DNA of 64,000 nt, taken from contig JAJDDQ010000075.1 of assembly GCA_029260215.1 (NCBI GenBank), positions 27,127 to 91,126 on the forward strand. The letters run 5' to 3'. The notes beneath the pieces were generated by a model, which saw only the letters and a program-made list of their open reading frames with translations, searched no databases and was not told the DNA's origin. The position numbers and the translations under genes were made by a program. This stretch comes from Phycisphaerae bacterium. GTDB taxonomy: Bacteria; Planctomycetota; Phycisphaerae; UBA1845. Numbering within the stretch: the first letter of the stretch is position 1; each line of letters starts with the position of its first letter. This document shows positions 33,689 to 42,580 of the stretch, one piece after another.

Positions 33689-35047
33689 CTACGGAGCGAC
33701 GCAACCGCCGCCGAACCGGACCATGAAATGGCCGAAATCAAGCAAACCAACCAAGTGGTCGTCGTCGAAATCGAACGGTGCGCACGTGCCCGCCGCCGAC
33801 CCAACCTGAACACATTGATCGAAGAGTGAGAAATCATCAAGCCCGATTTCACCGTCGCCGTCGCCGTCGTGAAAAAGCGGGAGAATAAAGTCAGCCACGA
33901 CAGGTCTGTGATCCGAAGCCAAGCCGCTGCCCCCGCCCGGAAAAAGCAGGCCGGCGAATTCCGGCGGCAAGGCACCAATCGGCGTACCTGTCGTGTTAAA
34001 AATGAAGGTCCGCCTGGCCGTCGCGGTACTGTCCTGCCATCCGAGATAGTCCAGCTTTCTGCCGCTGCCCGGATGCGTGGCCCGCTCGCCACTGAAGGGA
34101 TGGACGGCTGCGTCGTAAACCGCGTCCGTGCGATCCTTGTCTGTTCCGTCCGTCCCGCCCTGGGTGTTTGAAAATTGCGCCTGCGTCAGCCACTCCGCCG
34201 GCCCGCGCCGGCCGTTGGTCAGTTCGTCCTCGTTCCAGTCGCCGCCGATGATGAACGGCGTCTGTTCGTCCAGCACGCAATCCGCCCTCGGAAAATCAAA
34301 AATGGCGCCGACCGGATCGGGCGTGTCGCCACCCGCGCCGTGGTACCAATAGTCGAGAACGTAGGCGACGTTCTTGGCCGCCCGCAATCGCTGGTCTAGG
34401 TCGCTGGCCGACCCTCCGGCCTTGAAATGCGCGTTGCCCACCACCAAGTCGCCGCGATACATGTCGTCCGGCAGATCAAGCTCGACCAGAGCAAACCCGC
34501 GAATTCCGCCATCTCCGCCCACCGCGTAGGCGTTCGGGATCGTAACACTTGGGATGTCGTTGTACACAGATCTGTTGTCACAATTCAGATCCATCGCGGG
34601 AAAACGGCTGACGATGATATTTCTGTTGAAGGTGTCCGTCTCAGAGCTGACAAACACATACGGCAGGTCGTAACCCGGGGCGTACTTCTGCACGTAGGAG
34701 GTGACCTGCCCACCGAGAAACGGATCCGCGCCGCCACGGAAGAAGATGTCGATCACCGTGTTCAGCTCGTTCACGGAATCGACGCCGCCAAAGACGAGCG
34801 TATCACCGGTTTCCTGAAGCAACAGCACATCAGGCCGCAGGGCGGCTACGCTGCGCGCCAGCCCGGTCCAGCTATTGAAATTCTCGGTCTTGTTGGCGGT
34901 CGTGCGGAGTCCGTCCTGCACATTGAGCGTCACCACACGGATGTCGCTCGTGTGCGATTTTCCCCACTGGGCCGCCGCCGGATCGAAGCATGGTTCACCT
35001 GCCAGCCCCGACGCAACACCCCATGCAACCGCCAAGGCGGCACACAT
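33689..35047 (-). CDS. secreted EEP family protein with C-terminal dockerin-like domain
   Basis: ATG 35045-35047 (MCAALAVAWGVASGLAG). EEP motifs VVTLNVQDG, DVLLLQETGD, IIGGDWNED and GLASDHRPV. Tail DGDGDGEIGLDDFSLF...FDFDDDHLVGLLDFGHF. Confidence 0.8.
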   Translation of the reverse strand: MCAALAVAWGVASGLAGEPCFDPAAAQWGKSHTSDIRVVTLNVQDGLRTTANKTENFNSWTGLARSVAALRPDVLLLQETGDTLVFGGVDSVNELNTVIDIFFRGGADPFLGGQVTSYVQKYAPGYDLPYVFVSSETDTFNRNIIVSRFPAMDLNCDNRSVYNDIPSVTIPNAYAVGGDGGIRGFALVELDLPDDMYRGDLVVGNAHFKAGGSASDLDQRLRAAKNVAYVLDYWYHGAGGDTPDPVGAIFDFPRADCVLDEQTPFIIGGDWNEDELTNGRRGPAEWLTQAQFSNTQGGTDGTDKDRTDAVYDAAVHPFSGERATHPGSGRKLDYLGWQDSTATARRTFIFNTTGTPIGALPPEFAGLLFPGGGSGLASDHRPVVADFILPLFHDGDGDGEIGLDDFSLFDQCVQVGSAAGTCAPFDFDDDHLVGLLDFGHFMVRFGGGCVAP

Positions 35048-35139
35048 GGTTATTCGTACTGCGCACCTGCCGTCGGCGCATGCGAAAGTGGTCAAGACTT
35101 ACTCCGCCTTTCCCGATTGTGTTCCGACCCGCCCCGCGT

Positions 35140-38100
35140 CTACTGATCGAAGCGATCCTGGAACGTGCCGTAGTCGATCAGGTCGATATTCCCGTCGAGA
35201 TCACCGTCATGTCCCTGGCATTCCAGCGACACCATTCCGTCGTGCCCGGTGAAACAACCGTGGAAGAACAGATAGTCGAAGACATCCACATCCCCGTCGC
35301 AATCCGTATCGCCGCCGTCACAGCAGACGTCGCCGGATTCGTCGCACGGCAACCCCGTACAGGGTATTGGGCCGAACAGGCAACTCGTGCCCACACATTC
35401 CTCGACGCCGTTGCAGAACAGGCCATCATTACACTGTTCGTTCATCTCGCAGAACACACGAACGACAGCGCCGACGACAGAGATGTTGACGGTTGCGTCA
35501 TTCTGGTTGACCAAATTGGTCATCCCCGGCTGATTCGCACCCTCGATGTCGACCGCGAAATTACCTGTAGCCGTCGCACTCAACGTGTAGGTGAACTCAC
35601 CCGCGTATGTCGGGCCAGCCAGCAGGGCTGCCGACTCATCGAACACGCCGTTGGCCAACCGCGCGTTTCCGTCGATGCCAAAGGCAGGGAAACTGGAGCC
35701 CGCCGTCGTGAATGCGTAATCGAAACGCGCCGTGTCCACCGTGATGTTGTCGATACTCAGGACACCGCTGACATCGCTCGCCACCGATGCGGGCAGCACA
35801 ACCTGATATCCGCGAAGGAAATCGGCGTTCAGCCCATCGATAAATACTTCGAAAACAATGGTCTCACCTGGCAGTGCGTCGATTTCGTTGCCAGTTCCGC
35901 CGACCGGAATCAGCGAGATCGTCGGCGAGCCAGCCTCGGGTGAAGCACTGCCCGCGAACATCGACGCGACGCCAATCGAATGCACTTCGTCCTCTATGTC
36001 CGTCGGCTCAGCCTTGCGCGTCGCCATCGATCGTGCCGCAATCGGAGCGGGTGAAGGAACGCCCGAACAGTCATTGATTTCACCCGGCGTATCCGTCTGG
36101 CCGACCGGCGCGAACAGGCCGATCTGCCACACACCGTCGCCATCCGGGCAACGGAACGCATGGGCCGGAACGAATCCATTGTCCGGCCCCACAGACAACT
36201 GACCGTACACGCACTCGGCGGTTGGCGACGGGAAGTTCAAATCCTCAATCAGGCTGACCGAATCCAGAATCGTCGTCCAGGGCGTGACATCAAGAACACA
36301 GTCGTTGTCGTCGTCCAGATCGTTGGCCAAGCCTCCGGTAAAACCGCTGACGAGAAGGTGCGTCACATTGTCGTTGTTCTCGAAATTCAACGAGATGAAT
36401 GCGTCCGGCGTCGCCAACGTGAACACCGCCTCCGCGATGAGGAGATGCCCGTCACTCGGAATCGTCAACCCGCTCAGGTCCGCGATGGCTTCGATCACAC
36501 CGCTCCCCTGAGACGCGAACCCATCACCGATGACAATGTAGGTCAAACCGCCGAGCGAAGCGCCCGCCGGACCGGTCAACTCGAAATACTCGTTCAGGTC
36601 GGAACCCGGCTCATCGATGCGAATTTCGTTAATCGTGATAGGCGGCGGAGCCGGGCACGACACGCCCGAACATACGATGTTGTCGCCCTGATATTCGCCG
36701 CCGTCAGACAGGCAGCTCGCCTCTACGCGACCGTCCGTACAACTACCAGCCAGGCAGCACGCGCCGCGCGGGCAAGTGGTGTTTTCGCACGTCGTGCCGC
36801 CACCCTGGAATAAGCCCTCCATCGCGTCGCAGGCTTCCGATACGACAGCATCGGAACAAATGCCCTGCACGCAGCAGGCACCGATTTCAGGACAAGCCTC
36901 CAGAGCACACAACGTACCGTTGCCCCGATATTGACCGCCCAAACTCGCGCACGTCTTCACGCTCACATTGTCAGTGCAGCCATCAATCAGGCAGCAAGCA
37001 CCGGTTTCGGGACAGACAACGCCCACGCAATTCGTGCCGTCGCCGAGGTATTCGCCGCTACCGGCGACACAGTCGGATTCAGCCTTGATTTCGCAGACGC
37101 CGATCGTGCAGCATCCGCCGGTCGGCGGTGCACAGCAGACGTCCTGCCCGCCAAACGCACCCGCCCAAACAGACACGTCGTCGGTGTCAACAACGCCATC
37201 CTGCTCGCAAGGTGACAGGTCGGCGTTCGACGATGCACAGCTGCCCTCAGCTTCAAATTGCAAAGCGTCGAGCACGCAAAGCTCGTCGAACACGTCAACC
37301 AAATTGTCGTCGTTGACGTCGCCGAACGTCCGAGGGGCCACACTGCACAAACCCGCTGCGCACCGGTTGATCGTACACACGTCGCCGTCGTCACAGACGT
37401 TCGCGTTCGTGCATCCCGGTGTCGGCTCGATGGACCCGATGTAGAGCAGAACGTTGTACTCTTCGTCGCCGCCCGTTTCGCCCGCTTCACAATCGAGAAA
37501 ATCGCCGTCGCCGTTGCGATCATAAACAATGCCGGCAGACAGGACCAAGCCGCCAAGTGTCTGCGGATTCACCGGAGCCAAGCCGCTCGGATCCTGGTTC
37601 ATGTGGGCGACATTGCTGATATTCTGGGAGAATGTCGTGCCGCTCGATATCGAATCGTTGTCCGTCAGATCAATGAAGTTGAGCTGGTAGGTCAATCCGG
37701 TGTTCTGGCTCACATAGGTGGTGAATCGTCGAAGAACCAACTCCAGGCGATAGCTGAATGTCGCGGGATCGTAGACCGCCCGAATGAGGCCTCTGGTGAT
37801 GAATTCCGGATCATCGTTCATGCGAATGGACGAGATGAACCATACGTTTCCGACCGAGTCGATCATCGGCGAGGAGACGGCGGGGCCGCCACCGGAGCCG
37901 TCATCGTTGATGTTCGTCATCGTGCCGATCACGGCCCCCGTCGGACCGTCGAGGATCGGCTTGCCGCCGCCAAACGTCGTGTAACCGGCCATCGTCCATT
38001 CGGTTTCCTGCGACGCACAGTTGTAACGGGCGACGGCGATGTAGTTGAAATCCCAGTTGTGCGAACCCGTGAGGAACTCGCCGTTGAACGGATGGTCGAC

Positions 38101-39405
38101 CTGAGCGGCTGCGAGCAGCCGACCCTGCTGATCACGCCCCAGCGAGACCTGCCCGTTGCCACCCCGAAAAGCCACTTGGCTGTGGTAGTTATTGAACTCG
38201 TTATCGAAACCGGCCTTAAAAAGATTTACGAAACCCGTCGCGTTGTCGGTAATCATTGCGGGAAGTTCAAGCTCGATATTTCCCGTTACGCTGCCATCCT
38301 CATCGAGGCCCCAAACCAGCATCCTGTCGGCACAGGCTCCGCCGCCTCCATCGCAATTGCCGTTGGCGTATCCGAGCATGCCCGCAAGACCGTGCGTGCT
38401 GGAGAGGCTGGCACAGTTCATGAGGGAATAACTAACGCCACCGCGATGATCGATTGACCCCAAACCGGCCAAGTGCGACATGTCGCGCGTTATGTCCGCA
38501 GTGCTCGTCCCGCGAACATACTCCGTACCGAAGTTGGACCCCATCAGCAGGGGTGTTCCGCCACGCACCGATGCCGGCATCAATCCGGGTGTGTTGAATG
38601 GAAGATCGTCGCCGAGGATGTAGGCCGTCGTTGCGTTGACGTCAAAAAACCCGCCGGGGTACTCGCCACTGATAACGTTTTGCATGCTGCAATCGCGCAT
38701 CGCAAGATCGAGGCCGAAAACGTTGTTCCCCGCAATGCCCTCCACATCGCAGACAGCCGCACCCGCACAAAGGAAACAGTCAGCCCGGATCACAGCATTG
38801 CCGCCCGCATCCACCGAGCCGAGCGCCATTCCCGAAAGATTCACGCTCGGGTCACAGCCGTTCGCAGCGGCCTCCACACGCTTCACGTACAGGCGAGTCG
38901 GTTCCGTGGGCAGAACATTGACCATCGTACCGATGATCCCCGAAAACTGAGCCCCCGCTGTCGTCGTGGAAAACTGTGTCATGGCCGCCGAAAACTGCTG
39001 GCCCAGCAAGCCCTGAACGTCAATATCGACTCCGGCGTCATTCACAGCGGAATTGCCGTTTACGCCAAAACCAGGCCCATCCCAGAACGAATAGGATTCG
39101 GACGGGAACGGGACGAAGTCGAGTTGATCACGACTGATCGTCTGGGAACTTATCAGGCTTCCGCTGAATGTCAGATTGGTTTGGCTCGTCTTGGCAAGGG
39201 GTGCGAGACCGAAGGTCGTCCCCCAGGATGTCGTGAATGTCGACATATCCACAACGTAGGAATTGCACTGCTCCGTCAAATCGTATGGCGACACGCTGTC
39301 ACCGGGCAGGCAGCCGTCCCTGGAGACGCTGTCCTGACCCAAAGCGGGAGAAAGTACCAAAAGGCTCAGCGCGAACGGACCCCATACTCTAAAACGAGAT
39401 ACCAT
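35140..39405 (-). CDS. giant secreted protein: ~650-aa unknown N-region, 4 GACC modules, lamin-tail composite module, cohesin-like domain, dockerin-like tail
   Basis: ATG 39403-39405 follows GAAGGAAAG. Signal peptide MVSRFRVWGPFALSLLVLSPALG. LTD ITINEIRIDEPGSDLNEYFELTG...NFENNDNVTHLLVSGFTG. Cohesin-like ...FLRGYQVVLPAS...YAGEFTYTLSA. Tail CDGDVDVFDYLFF...DGDLDGNIDLIDYGTFQDRF. Confidence 0.8.
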   Translation of the reverse strand: MVSRFRVWGPFALSLLVLSPALGQDSVSRDGCLPGDSVSPYDLTEQCNSYVVDMSTFTTSWGTTFGLAPLAKTSQTNLTFSGSLISSQTISRDQLDFVPFPSESYSFWDGPGFGVNGNSAVNDAGVDIDVQGLLGQQFSAAMTQFSTTTAGAQFSGIIGTMVNVLPTEPTRLYVKRVEAAANGCDPSVNLSGMALGSVDAGGNAVIRADCFLCAGAAVCDVEGIAGNNVFGLDLAMRDCSMQNVISGEYPGGFFDVNATTAYILGDDLPFNTPGLMPASVRGGTPLLMGSNFGTEYVRGTSTADITRDMSHLAGLGSIDHRGGVSYSLMNCASLSSTHGLAGMLGYANGNCDGGGGACADRMLVWGLDEDGSVTGNIELELPAMITDNATGFVNLFKAGFDNEFNNYHSQVAFRGGNGQVSLGRDQQGRLLAAAQVDHPFNGEFLTGSHNWDFNYIAVARYNCASQETEWTMAGYTTFGGGKPILDGPTGAVIGTMTNINDDGSGGGPAVSSPMIDSVGNVWFISSIRMNDDPEFITRGLIRAVYDPATFSYRLELVLRRFTTYVSQNTGLTYQLNFIDLTDNDSISSGTTFSQNISNVAHMNQDPSGLAPVNPQTLGGLVLSAGIVYDRNGDGDFLDCEAGETGGDEEYNVLLYIGSIEPTPGCTNANVCDDGDVCTINRCAAGLCSVAPRTFGDVNDDNLVDVFDELCVLDALQFEAEGSCASSNADLSPCEQDGVVDTDDVSVWAGAFGGQDVCCAPPTGGCCTIGVCEIKAESDCVAGSGEYLGDGTNCVGVVCPETGACCLIDGCTDNVSVKTCASLGGQYRGNGTLCALEACPEIGACCVQGICSDAVVSEACDAMEGLFQGGGTTCENTTCPRGACCLAGSCTDGRVEASCLSDGGEYQGDNIVCSGVSCPAPPPITINEIRIDEPGSDLNEYFELTGPAGASLGGLTYIVIGDGFASQGSGVIEAIADLSGLTIPSDGHLLIAEAVFTLATPDAFISLNFENNDNVTHLLVSGFTGGLANDLDDDNDCVLDVTPWTTILDSVSLIEDLNFPSPTAECVYGQLSVGPDNGFVPAHAFRCPDGDGVWQIGLFAPVGQTDTPGEINDCSGVPSPAPIAARSMATRKAEPTDIEDEVHSIGVASMFAGSASPEAGSPTISLIPVGGTGNEIDALPGETIVFEVFIDGLNADFLRGYQVVLPASVASDVSGVLSIDNITVDTARFDYAFTTAGSSFPAFGIDGNARLANGVFDESAALLAGPTYAGEFTYTLSATATGNFAVDIEGANQPGMTNLVNQNDATVNISVVGAVVRVFCEMNEQCNDGLFCNGVEECVGTSCLFGPIPCTGLPCDESGDVCCDGGDTDCDGDVDVFDYLFFHGCFTGHDGMVSLECQGHDGDLDGNIDLIDYGTFQDRFDQ

Positions 39406-39570
39406 GCTTCTTTCCTTCTCAAATATTCACGCGATGCTCTTCCCCTAAGAGCATACGCTTATTAGGCTTCTCAGATTGCGATGCGCCGCCACGCGGACAG
39501 AATGCACGCCCAAGAGCGCCGACGAAGCTAACCGAGAGCCATTTTTAACCCCAGCAACACGCTGGCTGAA

Positions 39571-40713
39571 TCAGTTCCTAACCTTGTAACCCGCCGGAAC
39601 GCAGGTCATGCCTTCGCCCGGATTGTTGACAATCGCACCCTTCGGGTACCAGACGTTGATGTCGCGTGAGGCCTTGTCCTGACGCCGCTCGACATGGCCG
39701 TCGAAAAACAGCATCTCGATCGAGCCCTTGTTCCCCTGAGCAGACCCCGACCGGTTGCTCGCCGATGTGTGGCGATAAGACAGGTTCATGCCCTCTCCGT
39801 TGGAGTCCGGTGCAAACTGACCATTGACAGCACCGCACCAGTTTCCCGCATCCGACCGAACACCGTACGCTTCCGACCCGCGAAACCACGCCCCAGCCGA
39901 CCCGAACGCTCCGTGGAACGAAACCGAAGTCGACACATCGTGATCGAGCAACAGACTCTCCGAGAGAAAACGCGTCCCATCAGCAACGAACACCTTGCTC
40001 GCGGGACTGCCGACACGGTCGATTCGAGACACGAAGCTGTCGGCTTGCACGCCGAAGAAATCCGGCGTGATACGCGCCGTTACGTTGGCCGAGAACATGC
40101 TCGATCCGGACACCCTCCCAAGTACCGTGCCCTCCAGATTGCGGCCCCAGTATTGGAACGCGGACGGCATGAGGTAACTCACGCCCGCCCAGCTTTCTAT
40201 AGCATTGAACTCATCGAGATCGGGAGCTTCGCTAAGCTCATAAGGTATCGAATTCCACCTCATCGACGGGCAGCGGTATTCACCGAGCAGAAACTGGAAT
40301 CGTTCCGCGCGGTTGTAGGGAAGCTGAGAGGCGGTGTTCAAGATGGGCGAAAGCCAATCCGTGGTCTGCACCGGAAGGTCCGCCCGGTTCAACGCGGCGG
40401 GGTTTGAGTTCGCTTCGAATCTCAGCGCCTCCAGAGAAACACCGGTGGTGTTCATCCCGGGAAACCAGTCCCGCCCCTCGGTCGTGTAGATGGCCATGCC
40501 CGAGCCAAACCCGCGCATCGCCCCGCCGCACGCGACGGCTTTGGCCTGCTCGCGCGCGCTGCGCAGGCTTGGCAGGAGAATCGACAGCAGAAGCGCGATG
40601 ATCGCGACGACCACCAACAACTCGATCAGTGTGAACGCCCCCCGAGCCTTGAGAGCATGGCGAAGGGGCAGGGTTCTAGTCCGATCGGACGGCCAACGTT
40701 TCAGGGTCAACAT
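39571..40713 (-). CDS. DUF1559-type protein with prepilin N-terminal cleavage/methylation domain (type II secretion pseudopilin-like)
   Basis: ARGAFTLIELLVVVAIIALLLSILLPSL, followed by a long DUF1559-like body ending ...MLFFDGHV. ATG 40711-40713 lies 10 nt after AAGGAG. Confidence 0.9.
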   Translation of the reverse strand: MLTLKRWPSDRTRTLPLRHALKARGAFTLIELLVVVAIIALLLSILLPSLRSAREQAKAVACGGAMRGFGSGMAIYTTEGRDWFPGMNTTGVSLEALRFEANSNPAALNRADLPVQTTDWLSPILNTASQLPYNRAERFQFLLGEYRCPSMRWNSIPYELSEAPDLDEFNAIESWAGVSYLMPSAFQYWGRNLEGTVLGRVSGSSMFSANVTARITPDFFGVQADSFVSRIDRVGSPASKVFVADGTRFLSESLLLDHDVSTSVSFHGAFGSAGAWFRGSEAYGVRSDAGNWCGAVNGQFAPDSNGEGMNLSYRHTSASNRSGSAQGNKGSIEMLFFDGHVERRQDKASRDINVWYPKGAIVNNPGEGMTCVPAGYKVRN

Positions 40714-41020
40714 AAGCGTTCAACTCCTTGATACGGTCAAGTGTCCGCCTGTAATGGGAATCAACAAACATCTGCCCGTCACGCTCGATGCATGGCAGCA
40801 TCGTACGATCCCCAGTCTGCGGATTCCGCATGGGCACCATCGTAATCTCATCGTAGCCAAAATCGACAAAGTCCCCTGTCGCAACGCACACGAAGCGTAT
40901 CTCCGACGGCAAGACTTTATTGTCTGCTTGACCACGTCTGTAGATGTACGCCGCAGCAGCGAAACTGACAACGCTGACTGCAACCAAAACGTTGCGCTTA
41001 CGCGATACGAGCCTCAACAT
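40676..41020 (-). CDS. hypothetical single-pass membrane protein
   Basis: ATG start and N-terminal TM segment VLVAVSVVSFAAAAYIY. The 3' end overlaps the pseudopilin start by 38 nt. There is no homology evidence, so the call is uncertain. Confidence 0.35.
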   Translation of the reverse strand: MLRLVSRKRNVLVAVSVVSFAAAAYIYRRGQADNKVLPSEIRFVCVATGDFVDFGYDEITMVPMRNPQTGDRTMLPCIERDGQMFVDSHYRRTLDRIKELNAYVDPETLAVRSD

Positions 41021-41142
41021 GGGCCAACAAGCCCCATCCTGCGGCGACCCAACGTTCGGTATTCAATCCTCATTATAAGCCTCAAAGCTCCGGTATTCTA
41101 ATTCCAAACCATCAAACACGCACATAAAAAGTGCGAAGAACG

Positions 41143-41175
41143 AAAAAACTTTAGGTCGGCCGCAAACCGGCGACC
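41143..41175 (-). terminator. candidate intrinsic terminator
   Basis: The minus strand reads GGTCGCCGGTTTGCGGCCGACC (bulged GC hairpin), then CTAAAG and TTTTTT. It lies about 210 nt downstream of the 41382 stop in an AT-rich spacer. Confidence 0.3.
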
Positions 41176-41381
41176 GCAAATTCCGAACGATCGAACCACA
41201 CCGGAGTCCCATAACCAGACCGCCGCCGCAGGCCGAACCCGCCCCCCGAGTGTAAGCACAGGCAGTCCGAACACAACAGGTAACATCCCCCCCAGGACCG
41301 AGAACACGAAAAACCTCGTTCTTGGCACCAAGAAATGGGTCAAAACAACCCAATCGCCTCGTCACGGCAGATTCGGCAACC

Positions 41382-42509
41382 CTACGGAGTTGCGGCATTC
41401 TCGGTGCCGACCGCCCCGTGATACCCAATTCCCTCAAAATACTCCATCGTTTCCGCCGCAGATCGGAATACCTTCGTCGCCGTCTCCGTGATAAACGGGC
41501 TGGGCGGACGCTTGGGTTTCCAGATGACGTACACCTCTTTGCCGTGTTCGTAGGCATGGTGAAGCTCCCGTTCAACCCCGCTGGACAACCCCGGCACCCC
41601 GCCCGCCAATTCGGGTACGAGGCTGATGATCATGTCCGACTGATCGATCAGCTGAAAATCCCGTGCGTAAATCTGGCCATCGATATCACCCGCGATTTCC
41701 AAAATCTGCTTCACGGAGACCGGAATGGTCTCCGACACGCCCGACGGAGACAGGTAGCTTCCCTCAACGAAATCCGCGCCGTCCTTGGCTGCCTGAAGCG
41801 CGCTATCCAACAGAAGCTTTTCATCCACGTCCGCAGGATCAAACACCACAAGATGTTTCGAAAACTCAGCCCGGAAATCGTCGATCTCCTGCAACACCTC
41901 GGGCATGTCCATCACGTGGCTCATCGGGAACGACAGGTATGCTTTCCGCCGTTCAGGCTCGCATACCAGCCGATAGCACAACTCATGTGTCGCAACATGT
42001 CTCCCGCGCGGAACGACGTAACACTCGTTCGCACAATCAAGCGCCAGCGAAAGCAGTTGCGTCGCCAGGATTTCCTCTTCCCGCCAGACCATCAAGTCCT
42101 TCAACGACACGTCGAGCGAGTGTTCCGCACGCAAACGCCGATGAACGGCATGGATGTTGTCCACAAGACAAATGAACATCTGCGGGCGAAACGTAGCCAT
42201 CTGGTCGAAATCGAACGCACGGAACAAGCCATGCCGCCAGCGAAACGTAACGTGCGTATTCACGACAACGTTCTTTTTGCGCTGCGATTCCGAAATAATA
42301 TCCTTGAACACCGACCTGCGAATCGAGTGCAGGCGGCTCAAAGGCAGATCGAGAATCCGCCCCTGCGGCACGTCGGGAGATTCCGCGTACATGCGATCGC
42401 CAACGTGATACATCGCGAGGGCCGCTTTTTCCTTGGCGGCTACCTGCTCGACATCGCTCAGATACTTCTTTTTGTCCAACCCAACCTGGCCGGTCACAAT
42501 CGCACGCAT
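41382..42509 (-). CDS. two-domain protein: archaeal-type adenylate-kinase-like N-domain (degenerate P-loop) + nucleoside 2-deoxyribosyltransferase-like C-domain
   Basis: ATG 42507-42509 follows AGGTGG. N-domain MRAIVTGQVGLDKKKY...HVGDRMYAES...VVVNTHVTFRWRHGLF...FICLVDNIHAVHRRLR parallels AdkA-type kinases. C-domain YLSFPMS...DFQLIDQSDMIISLVPE...GLSSGVERELHHAYEHGKEVYVIW resembles the NDT fold. Confidence 0.65.
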   Translation of the reverse strand: MRAIVTGQVGLDKKKYLSDVEQVAAKEKAALAMYHVGDRMYAESPDVPQGRILDLPLSRLHSIRRSVFKDIISESQRKKNVVVNTHVTFRWRHGLFRAFDFDQMATFRPQMFICLVDNIHAVHRRLRAEHSLDVSLKDLMVWREEEILATQLLSLALDCANECYVVPRGRHVATHELCYRLVCEPERRKAYLSFPMSHVMDMPEVLQEIDDFRAEFSKHLVVFDPADVDEKLLLDSALQAAKDGADFVEGSYLSPSGVSETIPVSVKQILEIAGDIDGQIYARDFQLIDQSDMIISLVPELAGGVPGLSSGVERELHHAYEHGKEVYVIWKPKRPPSPFITETATKVFRSAAETMEYFEGIGYHGAVGTENAATP

Positions 42510-42580
42510 CGTTCCACCTTTCCGGCTACGCGAGAAAACCCGCAGCTATTGTAAAGGCATAACCGCCAATCGCGTCGCCT

